Positions 36,640 through 49,250 of a DNA stretch of 64,000 nt are shown here, piece by piece. A program made the translations under genes and the position numbers. The DNA comes from Mobula hypostoma (lineage: Eukaryota), in NCBI RefSeq assembly GCF_963921235.1, contig NC_086118.1, positions 38,254,001 through 38,318,000 on the forward strand. The letters run 5' to 3'. Numbering within the stretch: the stretch's first letter is position 1; every line of letters begins with the position of its first letter. The notes below the pieces were generated by a model. That model saw nothing but the letters and a program-made list of their open reading frames with translations, made no database searches and was not told the origin of the DNA.

Positions 36640-37435
36640 AATCATAATCAGTTTTATTATCGTTGACAAATGTCATGAAATCTGTTGTTTTGCAGTGGCG
36701 ATACAGTACAAGATGTAAGAATAGTGATAATTTATAACAGATTGATAGATAAAAGAGGAATAGTAAGATTATGAACTTGAGATGCTGAAAATCCAAAACA
36801 AAACACACAAAATGCTGGAGGAGCTCAGCAGCATCTATAGAAGTAAATAAACAAAGTTTATTCAAGATCAACATTTCAGTCCAAGACCCTTTGTCAGGAT
36901 GGAAAAGGATAGGAGAAGACGCCAGAATAAAAAGGTGGCAAACTTGTGCTCATGGACTGTTTGATAAATCTGATGGCGGAGAGGAAGAAGCTGTTCCTAA
37001 GCTGTTGAGTCTAAGTCTTCAGGCTCCAGTACTCCTCCCTAATGGTAGTAACGAGAAAAGGGCCTGACTCAGATGATAAGGATCTTTAATGATGGATGCT
37101 GCCTTCTTGATGCACTGCCTTTTGAAGAAATCCTCGATAATGGGGAGGGTTATGCTTGTGATGGAGCTGGCTAGCCTACGAGCCTCTGCAGTCTCTCCTG
37201 ATCCTGCACATTGGAGCCCTCAGACTGAGCCATGATGCAACCAGTCCGAACACTCTCCACTGCAACAGCTTTTGGTGGCATACCAAATCTCCCAAGAACT
37301 CCTAATGGAGCTGGCGAGCTGTCTTTGTGCTTGCATTAATGTGTTGGGCCCAGGATAGATCCTCTGAGATGCTCATGCCCAGGAACTTGAAGTGGCACCA
37401 GTCGTCCTCAGTAAGGACTGGTGTATGTTCTACTG
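36640..37435 (-). mobile_element. Rex1-like 3' fragment with a nested Penelope pseudo-LTR (~36780-36940)
   Basis: Rex1 motifs gaaggcagcatccatcattaaaga and cttaggaacagcttcttccc; pseudo-LTR acacacaaaatgctggaggagctcagc. Confidence 0.7.
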
Positions 37436-37778
37436 AAGCCCAGTAACGTTGCAATGAGCCATTTAGAACTGATTCTATCCGTCTCTCATTTCAAGGAACA
37501 CATTCTGCTTTCTAATTGAGGTACTAGTATAATCACGCAAGTAACAAGGAAAGAACTGCAATTTTATTAAACATTTTGTTGGAGCTCTCAGTTCACGTCA
37601 GTGGCTAATTCAAAAATGATTTAAGTTCAGGTTTATTGTCATGGGCATACGCTACAAACCCAGTGCCATGAAAAATTAGCTGTAGGTAGCACAATACATT
37701 ATAAACAAGACAAATTATATAAACTTAAATTAACACAAACTATACATAACTTACATGACAAATTATCCATAACTTATT

Positions 37779-38085
37779 TTTTTATAGGCATCCGTTAGTC
37801 TCATGAGACCATGGATTTGCACCTTGGAAGGTTTCCAGGGCGCAGGCCTGGGCAAGGTTGTATGGAAGACCGGCAGTTGCCCATGCTGCAAGCCTCCCCT
37901 CTTCATGCCGCTGATGTTGTCCAAGGGAAGGGCATTAGGACCCATACAGCTTGGCACCAGTGTCATCGCAGAGCAATGTGTGGTTAAGTGCCTTGCTCAA
38001 GGACACAACATGCCGCCTCGGCCAAGGCTCGAACTAGCGACCTTCAGATTACCAGATGAATGCCTTAACCACTTGGCCATGCGCC
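37779..38085 (-). mobile_element. tRNA-CORE SINE with RTE-like tail, copy B
   Basis: Homologous to copy A, with an A-rich tail and 8-bp TSD aacttatt (37771-37778 / 38086-38093). Confidence 0.9.
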
Positions 38086-39849
38086 AACTTATTAACAAAA
38101 GTAAAAATACATGTAACGATTGAAGTCACATCACAGCTCTTAAAGTGTGCACCTGTATACACTTAAACATGGAATTGATGAGCAAGTAAGCAGGGGACAG
38201 ACTATCAAAGGAATTGCCTTCTCAAGGGAAGATGGCGGGTTGGAATGAACACTAGCCTTGTCAGTGATGGCGCATCCTAATAAATGAATGTAACCAACTG
38301 TGAGACAGTGCGAGTACCCTGGGACAAAAGAGGGTGACTTGTGGATATTGTGCCTGTGCAGAGAATGCCACTAATGATGTTTTTTGCCCCATCCATTCAG
38401 GCAGTCTCCGGGAAGTGATGGTATAGCTGGTGCCAGCATGTGAAGATGGTAGAATTGCAATCATCAGTGTAGGTCAGCACTGAGTCACTTCAGTCGGTCA
38501 TTTGGGGTTAATTAACCCAGATCCCAGGATTACAGGTAGATCAAGAGAGTAACTTCTTTCCCCAAAACTTCGGCATGAATTGGCATGGAGGTGCGTCTTC
38601 ATACATCTGCATCAATACATTACTGATGGCACTAAGCTATACCTAACAATGTGGACTTATGAACTTTTGGTGTAGAGATACATCCCAAGGCACTTTTCAG
38701 GGCAGTTACAAAATAAAATCTGACACCAAGCCACGAGGAAATTCTAGCCAATTGCGCAAAAAACTTGTTCATAATGAAAGGGTTTCAAACAGTTTCTTAA
38801 AAGATCAAGAGGCTGAGAGGTATAATGTAGGAATTCCAGAGATCAGGCTCTTGACTGCTGAAGGCCTGACTGCCAAAGGCTGAGAGAGTAGGATTAGAAT
38901 GGTGCTAAGGTCAGGATCTGCTGCAAAATCACTGCATTGTTTGCTCTGATTTGATTGCCGTGTTACTGCTTGCAAATGCACTCGATCGTTCAATCCTGGC
39001 ACCTGACTTCCTTCTGTATTTATCCATCTTTGTGTCACTCCCCTTCACGTTCTTCCCTCCCCCACCCCGCTCCAGCCGCCTCCTCCCCGAATCCCTCCCG
39101 CCACGAGATTCCCACCGGCGCAGCTGACGAAGTGGGCAAGAAAACTGCTCCCAGACCTCTGCCAATCCTGTTCTGCCATTAGTCACTTGTGCTGAAACAG
39201 ATCTTCCCTCTGGTTTCGCCTGCCAGCTCTGCGAGGATGATTCTCATCTCCATTCATCATGCATCAAACACCCAGAAAGAAACCAGGGAAGAGAGGGCCT
39301 GCAGCCACGAGCCACCAGCCCTGCCCCTCCCCCCCACATGCACACACATCTCAGTCTCCTGATGTTGGAGCAACTTGCAAACTAAAGCTTTCGCTCCGAA
39401 CGCTCTGGTGACAATTTGGTTAAAATTCCATGAGCAAGTTGCAAAAGAATGTAGGCCAACTTTCAAGAAAAGTTTATGACTTTGATTTAGTAAAGCAGGC
39501 CATTGTGGGACGAGTCCTTGGTGGTGTACAGATAATTTAACAATGGTCCCGGCACAATAAAACACTGCTACAAAGGGTGTGTCAAAAATAGAAAATCTAA
39601 GGCTAGGTTATGTTTTCAGCACCTGCCAGAGGGCATAGAGAGATATTAATTCAATTATATTGTTCTAGTTTGTCCCTACCTATGCTTCTTTGCTGTACTA
39701 CTCTTGGTCAAACTATTAAATGTTAAATTATATTTTTCAGCTGCTTTGCATGATTGCATTTGGCTTTGTGAATTGAAATTTAAAGTTATTTTTGTCCCTC
39801 TTAGCACACTGATAAAACACAACTATGGGGAAGTGGAGGAATGGAGAAG

Positions 39850-41195
39850 GAATCCAGGTATTTCTGAAAACGTCAAGAAAACACAGCATGGAAACAGCCC
39901 AGTCCATCACAGGCAAAGCCCTCCCCACATCTACAAGGAGCGCTGACACAAGAAAGCAACATCCATCAAGGACAACACACCATCCAGGCCATGTTCTCTT
40001 TTTGCTACTGCCATCTGGAAGGAGGAAACAGAGCCTTACGTCCCACTCCAGCAGGTTCAGAAACAGTTATTACCCTTCAAACATCAAGCTCCCGAACCAG
40101 CGCGAATAACTTTACTCAACACAACAATGAATAGATTCCATAGCTTATGGAATCACTTTCAAGGACTCTCCAACCCATGTTCTCAGTATTATTGATTTGT
40201 TATTATTATGATTATGATTGTGGTTAATTGGGCCACTAGCTAATCGGTGCACCTTCTTACTTGGGACAATTCTTAAAGAACAAAAGCTAATTGAGAAAGC
40301 CGGGATTCCCTTTTGTTTATTTGGGACACTTGGCCACTTAATTGGGACAGAAGACTTGCTGAACTGTTTCTAATTAGTGTCAGTGGCATGAATTTGTGTG
40401 GCCGTTGGGCACTATGTCATGCTTAGAACGAATAGTTTTTAAATAGTGTCAGCTGCATGTGTTTGTGTTTAAAAAGCAATGTTTTTTGTCACTGATAGTT
40501 GCCGAGCAATAAACAGTAAGATAATTCAGAACTGTATTGCTTACTACGGTTTCAAGTATTCAGGCTTGGAGATGCAAGAAATGGCTGGGAGTGAAAATGA
40601 AATGATTTAGGCACTACGAAAAATTTGAAGGTAACAACAATTATCCTGAAGGTTGCAATGAAAATAATGATTTGGAGGATGCAATTATCAGAAAAGTTGC
40701 ATGAAAGCAGTCCATTATTTGCACTAGGTGTTACTAGATTTTGTATATTTATAGTCACAAGTACACTGCAGCATACACTGGATAAATTCCTCCATCGATA
40801 ACTGTTAGCAATTAACACAGTTTTATAGTACTGTAGTAGTATTGGTAATGTTCTAATTTGAAATTATTTCATTTAAATTCATAATTTGATACTCAGTTAA
40901 AGGGTAGTTTGTCTATTTTATACCTTTTTAAATATTTTCATGAAACTTCAGCCATTTGGGGCAACCATGAAATCGGGCCAAAATGTACTGGTCTTGATGT
41001 GTTCTAATTCACTGTATTATTACTTTTTATGTTTGCACAATTTGTCTTCCTTGGCACACTGGTTGTTTGTCAATCTTTGTGTGTAGCTTTTTGAAGATTC
41101 TATTGTATTTCTTTGTTCTACTGTCAATGCCTGCAAGAAAATAAAGCTTGGTATTCATACTTTGATAATAAACTTCCTTTTAACTTCGAACTTTT
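39850..41195 (+). mobile_element. Rex1-like 3' end interrupted by a Tigger-like element
   Basis: HHPGHVLFLLLPSGRRKQSL..SRFRNSYYP, with a gaactt-type tail near 41180. Confidence 0.75.
40218..41016. mobile_element. Tigger/pogo-like non-autonomous DNA transposon
   Basis: Repeated ttaattggg(a/c)ca subterminal motifs at the left end and a right end ...ctaattcactgTA. Confidence 0.5.
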
Positions 41196-41814
41196 GAAAT
41201 TTAAAAATATTGGAAATACTAAGCAGATCAGGCAACATCTTTGGGGAAGAGTGAGAAAGACAGGCAGAAAGTTAATGTTTCGGTGTGACAGCCTTTCGTT
41301 AGCATTAGTTTGTTTTCAGTGCAGCTTTTCTTATTGATGTGTTGCAGGTTCAATCAGACGTCAGCATGGGGCAGAGCAGGAACCATCAACGCAGACAGCT
41401 TTGAATGGCACATCCTGCAACATTCTTCCAGCTACAGGAGAAGTTGCTGCTGAATGATTAGATGCCACAATTGTGGGAAGCAGAGGGGACTCTACTCCAA
41501 TGGTGCAGAGGAACCCGGACAGGTTGCTGAAGAACGGGTTTTTGCCTGTAAGAGGAACCATGGCAGTCCCACATCCAAACACTCCTGGGAGGGAGCTGTG
41601 GTGAATGTCCCTGTAATCCGTTTCCATTTCAACATGAGCCCCACTCTTTTCTCACACCCTATTATTAATTTGGTGCTTCTGAGAACTATTAAATGCTATG
41701 GGAAATTTTCCAAAATGCCCATGGTGTTTTCTATATTTTTCATTCAGAATTGTTTTTAACTTCCTATCAATGGATTGCACAAATCCCAGTGCTATGATAG
41801 CTGGCACTGTGGCA

Positions 41815-44800
41815 ATGAGAGTCATGGAGTTACAGAGAATTACAGCACAGAAACAGGCCATTCGAACCATCTGGTCCATGCCGAACCATTAATCTGCCTA
41901 GTCCCATCGACCTGCACCCGGATGATAGCCCTCCATACCCCTCCCGTCCATGTACAGTACCTAACCAACTTTTTCTTAAAATCCACCACTTGTGCTGGCA
42001 GCTAGTTCCACATTCTCACCCACCCTCTGAGTGAAGAAGCTCCCCCTCATATTCCCCTTAAACATTTTACCTTTCACCCTTAACCCATGATCTCTAGTTG
42101 TAGTTTCACCCAACCTAAGTAGAAAAAGCCTGCTTGCCTTTAGCCCATCTATACCCCACATAATTTTGTATACTTCTATCAAATCTTCTCTCGTTCTTCT
42201 GTGTGTAAGGGAAAGAAGTCCGAATCTATTCAACCTTTCCCTATAACTCAGGACCTCAGGTCCCGGCAACATCCTTGTAAATTTTCTCTGTACTCTTTCA
42301 ATCTTATTTACACTTTTTCCTGTAGGTAGGTGACCAAAACTGCACACAATACTCCAAATTAGGCCTCACCAACATCTTATAAAATTTCAATATAACATCC
42401 CATCTCCTGTACTCAATGCATTGATTTATGAAGACTAATGTGCCAAAAGCTTTCTTTTGGACCGTATTTACATGTGACGCCACTTCCGGGGAATTATGGA
42501 CCTGTATTTCCAGATCCTTTTGTTCTACAGCACTCCTCACTGCCCTACCATTCATTCAGTAAGACCTACCCTGGCTGGTCCTCCCAAAGTGCAACACTTC
42601 ACATTTGTCTGCACTAAATTCCACCTGCTATTTTTCAGCCTGTTTTCCCAGCTGGTCTAGATCCTGCTGCAAGCTTTAATAGTCTTCCTCTCTGTCCACT
42701 ACACGCCCAGTCTTGGTGTCATCTGCAAATTTGCTGATCCAGATTACATTACCGTCCAGAATATAGATATAGATAACAAGCAACAACGGACCCAGAACCG
42801 ATACCTGCAGTGCATCTCTAGTCAAGGCCTCCAGTCAGAGAGGCAACTGCTCTCTGGCTTCTCCCACAAAGCCAATGTCTAATTCAATCTACTACCTCAT
42901 CTTGAATGCCAGGCGAATGAATCTTCTTGACCAGCCTCCTATGTGGAACCTTGTCAAATACTTTGCTAAAGTCCAAGTAGACAACATCTACTGCCTTATC
43001 TTCATCAACTATCTTGGTAACATCCTCAAAAAAATATAAGATTGGTTAGAAAGGTCCCTTTCACTGGTGAATACTGAACCAAATGATTCATTAAGTACCT
43101 CCGCTACCTCCTCTGACTCCACGCATGTTTCCACTTTCACTCCTGATTGGTCCTATTCTCACACGGCTCATCCTCTTGCTCTTCACATACTTGTAGAATG
43201 TCTTGGGGTTTTCCTTAATCCTGCTTGCCAAGACTTTTTCATGGCCCCTTCTAGCTCTCCTAATTTCATTCTTGAGCTCCTTCCTGGCACCCTTGTAATT
43301 TTCTGGAGCTTTAACAGTACTTAGTTTCTTGAACCTTTCGTAAGCTTTTCTTTTCTTCTTAACTAGATTTTCTACATCCTTCATACACCATGGCTCTTTT
43401 ACCCTACCATCCTTACTCTGTCTCAATGGAACATATCTGTGCAGAATACCATGCAAAACTTCCCTGAACATTTGCCACATTTCTGCCGGGCATTTTCCTG
43501 AGAAAATATGCTCCCGATTTATGTTACCAAGTTCCTGCCTAGTAGCATCATATTTTCCCCTACCCCAATTAAATGTTTTCCCAAATGCTCTGCTCCTATC
43601 ACTCTTCAGCGCTATAGTAAAGGAGATAGAGTTGTGATCACTACCTACAAAATGCTCTCCCACTGAGAGATCTGACACCTGACCAGGTTCATTTCCCAAT
43701 ACCAGATCAAGTACAGCCTCTCCTCTAGTTGCCTTATCTACATATTGTGTCAGCAAACCTTCCTGAACACACCTAACAAACTCCACCCCATCTAAACCCC
43801 TTGCTCTAAGGAGATGCCAGTCAATATTAGTCAAGTTAAAATCACCCATACTACTACCTGTTATTATTGCACTGTTCCAGAATCTGCTTCCCTATCTGCT
43901 CTTTGATGTCTGTGTTACTACTGGGGGTGTCTATAAAAAACACCCAGTAGAGTTATTGCCCCCTCCCTGTTTCTGAATTCCACCCACAATGACTCAGTAG
44001 CCAATCCCTCCATGATTTCCTCCTTTTCTGCAGCTGTGAAACTATCGCTGATTAGCAGTGCCGCTCCCCAACTCTTTTGCCTCCCTCCCTGTCCTTTTCG
44101 AAACATCTAAAGCCTAGCACATTCAGCAGCGTTCCTGCCCCTGAGTCATCCAAGTCTGGGTAATGGCCACAACATCATAGTTCCACGTATTGATCCACAC
44201 TCTAAGTTCATCCGCCTTGCTTTTGGTGCTCCTTGCAGTAAAATAGACACATCTCAAACCACCTGGCTGAGTGCATCTTTGCTCTTTCATCTACCTATCC
44301 TTCCTCCTAAACTGCCTACAAGCTGTCACTACTTGTGCGCCAACCGTATCATCCTCGGCCTCTTTACTTCAGTTCCCACCCCCTGCAAATCTAGCTTAAA
44401 CCCTCCCCATTAGCATTCGCAAACCTCTTTCCTAGAATATGGTTCCCCTCCAGCGAAGGTGCAACCTCTCCCACTTGTACGGGTCACCCTTTCCCCAGAA
44501 AAGGTTCCAATCATCCAAGAACCTGAAACCCTGCCCCCTGCACCATCTCCTCAGCCACTCATTCATCTGCACTATCTTTCTGTTCTGCACAGGGCCTCTA
44601 ACCACCCCCCCCATGTCTTTGGTAACAACGCGTACCACAACCTCTGGCTGCTCACCCTCCCCTTCAAGAATATTCTGCAACCACTCAGAGACATCTTGGA
44701 CCCTAGCGGCCGGGAGGCAACACACTATCCTGGTGACTCTTTTGCTGCTGCAGATCTCCTATCTGTCCCCCTAACTATCGCGCCCCTATGACTATTGCTC

Positions 44801-45420
44801 CACCTGCCTTCACCCTTCCCCTCTGAGGCTCAGAGCTGACCACAGTGCTATTGGTCTGGCTGCTGCTGCCTTGTCCAGATAGGTCATCCCCCTCATCAGT
44901 ATTCCTGTCGCTGAGGGGAATGGCCACGGGGGACCCTGCACTGACTTCCTATACCTCTCTCAGTGTTCACCCATCTACTCCCTGAATTCTGCACTCTGGG
45001 GGTAACCACCTGCTCAGAAGTCATATCTATCAATTGCTCTGCCTCTCGGATGATTCTAAGTTCATCCAGCTCCAGCTCCAGCTCATTAATGTGGTCTTTC
45101 ATGAGCAGGAGTTGGCTGAACGTCCCGCAGGTATAGTCATCAGCAAGACCAACAGGTTCCATGAGTTCCCACATCCTACAGGAGGAGCATTCCACTGCCA
45201 TATCTGCCATCATTGCCCGCACTGTACAGTGGGCAACCAAGACCAAATCCTCCAACCTGTGTCTTTGGCCTCAGCTTCCTCTCATTGAAGCCTCTTGAGT
45301 CAAAGCCTGACGCTCTTACTCCCACTGCTGGCCTACACCCAGCAATGGCTGCTCCGACCATAGCCGCTCCGTTTGCTCCTTCTGTACTCTTATTTAATTC
45401 GAAGTGCTCTGCTCCCAGTG
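41815..45420 (-). mobile_element. Near-full-length CR1 LINE (5' UTR, ORF1, ORF2) with an internal RT deletion
   Basis: ORF1 zinc finger/coiled coil (CSSCRMWE..ELELELDELRIIREAE) and esterase-like domain (CCLPAARVQDV..EQPEVVV). Endonuclease MGDFNLTNIDW..LDLVL..SDHNSI. RT C-terminus RPNLEYCVQFWSP. Deletion near 43050. Confidence 0.92.
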
Positions 45421-45439
45421 CCCGCGAAGCTCTCCTTTT

Positions 45440-45705
45440 ATACTAGCTTCGTTGACCTGCAAGTAAACTCTTCAAAGTTCTCTGTTCCCAACACTGATTG
45501 GACCTCTGGAATCCTGCACTCTCAAAATTTCACTTGTGAATGCCTCCCACTTACCAAGTACACCTTTGCCAGAAGACAACCAGTCCCAATCCACACTTGC
45601 CAGATCCTTTCTGACGCTATCAAAATTGGCCTTTCTCCAACTTAGAATCTCAACCCAGGAATCATACTTATCTTTTTCTATAATTACTTTGAAACTAATG
45701 GCATT
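45440..45705 (-). mobile_element. CR1 ORF2 fragment (end of endonuclease)
   Basis: NAISFKVIIEKDK..ILSWRKANFDSVRKDLASVDW. Confidence 0.75.
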
Positions 45706-45746
45706 ATAAGACCTTAAGACAAAGGAGCAGAAGTTGGCCATTTGGC

Positions 45747-46739
45747 TCATCGAGTCTGCTCCGCCATTTTATCATGAGCTGATCCATTCTCCCATTTAGT
45801 CCCACTCCCCCACCTCTCACCATAACCTTTGATGCCCTGGCTGCTCAGATACCTATCAATCTCTGCCTTAAATACACCCAATGACTTGGCCTCCATTGCC
45901 ACCCATGGCAACAAATTCCATAGATTCACCACCCTCTGGCTAACAAAAATTCTTCGCACCTCTGTTTTGAATGGGTGCCCTTCAATCCTTAAGTCATGCC
46001 CACTCATACTAGACTCCCCCATCATGGGAAACAACTTTGCCACATCCACTCTGTCCATGCCTTTCAACATTCGAAATGTTTCTATGAGGTCCCTCCTCAT
46101 TCTTCTAAACTCCAAGGAATACAGCCCAAGAGCGGACAAACATTCCTCATATGTTAACCCCCTCATTCCTGGAATCATTCTAGTGAATCTTCTCTGTACC
46201 CTCTCCAACATCAGCACATCCTTTCTTGAATAAGGAGACCAAAATTGCCTACAGTACTCCAAGAGAGGTCTTACCAGCACCTTATAGAGCCTCAACATCA
46301 CATCCCTGCTCCTATACTCTATTCCTCTAGAAATGAATGTCAACATTGCATTTGCCTTCTTCACCACTGACTCAACCTGGAGGTTAACCTTAAGGGTATC
46401 CTGCACAAGGACTCCCAAGTCCCATTGCATCTCAGAACTTTGAATTCTTTCCCCATTTAAATAATAGTCTGCCCATTTATTTCTTCTGCCAAAGTGCATA
46501 ACCATACACTTTCCAACGTTGTATTTTATTTGCCACTTGTTTGTCCTGTCCGTCAGTCCCTCAGCCTCACGAATGACCTGGAGTTCATCCAGTTCCAGAT
46601 CCAACCCCTTAACAGGGTCTGTTAGAAGCCGCAGCTGGATGCATTTCTTGCAGGTGTAGTCGCCAGGGACACGGGAGGTCCCCCTTTCTTCCCACGTCCT
46701 ATAAGGGGAGCATTTCACTATCCTGTCTGGCAACCCCAC
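45747..46739 (-). CDS. Stop-free chimeric CR1 frame: ORF1 zinc-finger/coiled-coil N-terminus joined in frame to the ORF2 C-terminus; probably not a functional gene
   Basis: 330 codons with a GTG start. The first ~66 aa are ORF1-like (YTCKKCIQL..LELDELQVIREAE); from ~46540 it is ORF2 (KWQIKYNVGKC..RPLLEYC). The FADD motif is absent. Confidence 0.35.
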   Translation of the reverse strand: MGLPDRIVKCSPYRTWEERGTSRVPGDYTCKKCIQLRLLTDPVKGLDLELDELQVIREAEGLTDRTNKWQIKYNVGKCMVMHFGRRNKWADYYLNGERIQSSEMQWDLGVLVQDTLKVNLQVESVVKKANAMLTFISRGIEYRSRDVMLRLYKVLVRPLLEYCRQFWSPYSRKDVLMLERVQRRFTRMIPGMRGLTYEECLSALGLYSLEFRRMRRDLIETFRMLKGMDRVDVAKLFPMMGESSMSGHDLRIEGHPFKTEVRRIFVSQRVVNLWNLLPWVAMEAKSLGVFKAEIDRYLSSQGIKGYGERWGSGTKWENGSAHDKMAEQTR

Positions 46740-48238
46740 TGCCCAAAATGTGCAATAAGAAAGAAAGAAAGAATAAATAATGAAAAAAAATCTCTCTACG
46801 GGCTACACCTCAACTCCTCACTCTAACACTGGCCCACTCACACAATGGCTGCTCCGTTTGAACCTAACTTCTTTGTATTGAGCCTTGCCACATGCCTAAT
46901 TATGCAGAATTCAATGTCTCCTTGGGAACTGTGGTGTGCAATATTTGGCAACTGCCCCCACTTGCTTCTTTTAAACTCACTCTCCCTCTTCATAATCCAA
47001 TGTTTCTTCAGGAACTGTAGCATGCGGAGTATGCTGACTGAAACTCACTTTCTCCCTCCATGCCATCCATTATCTCCTCAGCAATCTGGAAGTCAAAGCT
47101 TGATTGCCAAAGCCTGGAGACTGGAGGCTGGAGGTCAGTCCTGGAGTTGGAGGACTGTCCCTGGATGTGGGTGGGTGGGAAGGAGGGAACGGGCTAGTTT
47201 TGGTGTTGTTGTTTTGTTACTTGTTGTGTTGTCTGTTGTGTGATGTTCTACCGAGCACTGGGGGCATGCTATGTTGGCGCCAGAATGTGTGGCGACACTT
47301 ATGGGCTGCACTTGACCTTAGCAAACAGCACATCCCTAAGCTGTGTTGGTTGTAAATGCAAACAGCAAATTACACTGTGAGCTAGGGCAGAGGTTGGCGG
47401 AGGGTTTACTTTAAAATGGAGCATGCTTGGCTATAGATAACCCAGTAGAAACCTCTCCGCTACTATTTCATTTGCACAATCAAGTCTGATGGCTATGGCA
47501 GGAAATGGAAGCATCCTGCTGGAAATGGAAATTTTGACTTTGACTTTTGATGATTTAACTTGGTGGATTGTTGCACTGGAACTTAGCAAAGAGCACGCTC
47601 TGATGTTTTCTATTTGCCTTGGTTGGATTGCTGCCTGATAGCACGCCTGGTTGTCAGTACGTTCTGACCACAATTCGAGCCACATTCCTATTGTGCCCAT
47701 CGAGCAGTCACTTATCTCCCCATTTATGGAATCAAATCAGTGCCTCCAAGTCAGCCTCAGCAAATCCTGCCGCTGTCAATCCACGTGCGAAGATTAGGAA
47801 AATACAACCAGGTGAAATGGGGCTTCTCTACCAAATGGGGGCTGCCTCTCATTGCTGTGGTAGATCCCAGATTCTACAGGGTGGCCTCATTTCACAGTCT
47901 TGGCTCTTGATCACTGATATTGGCATGGAAGTACATCACTTAGGACCCATGTCCTCTCTGCTCCTGCAGGAAATAGCTCAATTTTTTAATGCCATTTCCA
48001 ACCCCAGTGCCAAGGTGGCATGCAGATCTTGCTTGAGAGTGGTTTCAGTTATACACTGAAACCTGTGTTTTCTTGAGCACAACTTCAAAGCATCTCTGAT
48101 TCCTGATCCCCAGTATAACCATCATAATCTGCTGTCCTTGTGTCACCAGGACAAATGTTGCAGGTGGAGTGTGCATACTTGGAAAAATAAGAGTGTTGCA
48201 AATAAAGAGTACATACCTGGTTTATTCAGGGTTCTTCA

Positions 48239-48534
48239 CCGTTAGTCTTGTGAGACTATGGATTTGCGCCTTGGAAGGTTTCCAGCGTGCAGGCATGGGC
48301 AAGGTTGTATGGAAGACCGGCAGTTCCCCATGCTGCAAGTCTCCTCTCTCCACGCCACCGATGTTGTCCAAGGGAAGGGCATTAGGGCCAATACAGCTTG
48401 GCATGGGTGTCGTCGCAGAGCAATGTGTGGTTAAGTGCCTTGCTCAAGGACACAACACGCTGCCTCAGCTGAGGCTCGAACTAGCGACCTTCAGATCACT
48501 AGACCGACACCTTCACCACTTGGCCACGCGCCAA
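48239..48534 (-). mobile_element. tRNA-CORE SINE with RTE-like tail, copy C
   Basis: Homologous to copies A and B; 5' end ttggcgcgtggccaagtgg. Confidence 0.9.
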
Positions 48535-48669
48535 CACTGCGAGTGCGCACTTCTCAGACTGCAAGTGTGCACACGCTGAAGGAATGCATCATCATACAAT
48601 AACTTTACACTTATTTACATGAGCCACATCCATTCAAGGCGGTAAGTCTATAGCTTGGACCTGCAACTT

Positions 48670-48880
48670 TTGGGGCAATGTAGCCAGCAGCCCAGGCTCA
48701 ATTCTCTCACTATCTCTAAGGAGTGTGTACGTTCTCCCCATGACTGCATGGGTTTCCTCCCTCATTCCAGAGATATAAAGGTTAATAGACTCATTAGTCA
48801 CATGGGTGTAATTGGGTGGCATGAGATTGTTAGGCTGGAAGACCCTGTTACTGAGCTCGATCTCAAAATAAGATATTAAA
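48670..48880 (+). mobile_element. HE1/V-SINE-like element
   Basis: V-domain-like ggagtgtgtacgttctccccatgactgcatgggtttcctcc. A related copy lies at 56050-56250 (-). Confidence 0.7.
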
Positions 48881-49200
48881 AAAATTAAAAGTGTGCTTTA
48901 GACTCACCTAATCCTATCCTGGGAGTTAAAAGAACCTCCTTGGATTTTAATTTAGCGAAATGTGAGATGGCGTATGTAGTTCCCTCTGCACTGTTTAACA
49001 TCATGCACAGGGCGTGACACTGTCACTCACCAAACTTCAGGCTGCATTCTGCCAAGATCCTCCATTAGATTTGTTGTAGCAACTGTCACTGTGCCAACCT
49101 GGTCTCCGTGAGGCTCGGTGGAGTTTCAGAAGTTCCCCTGCCACCTCATGCATTCACAGTAACTGAGTTCTGATATCTCAGAAATTCTGAGGCCTCTGAG

Positions 49201-49250
49201 TGACCCTGCATGAACTTTGACCCGAGTGCCTGAGTGACCTTGCATGACCT
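49201..49250 (-). promoter_or_regulatory. Candidate nuclear-receptor response element cluster (two DR4 and one DR1)
   Basis: TGACCC-tgca-TGAACT-t-TGACCC at 49201-49223 and TGACCT-tgca-TGACCT at 49235-49250. Confidence 0.4.

Noticed and set aside
48169-48579. Recurrent ORFs of the type GLGKVVWKTGSCPCCK as a multigene family
   Set aside because: They are antisense translations of the SINE copies.
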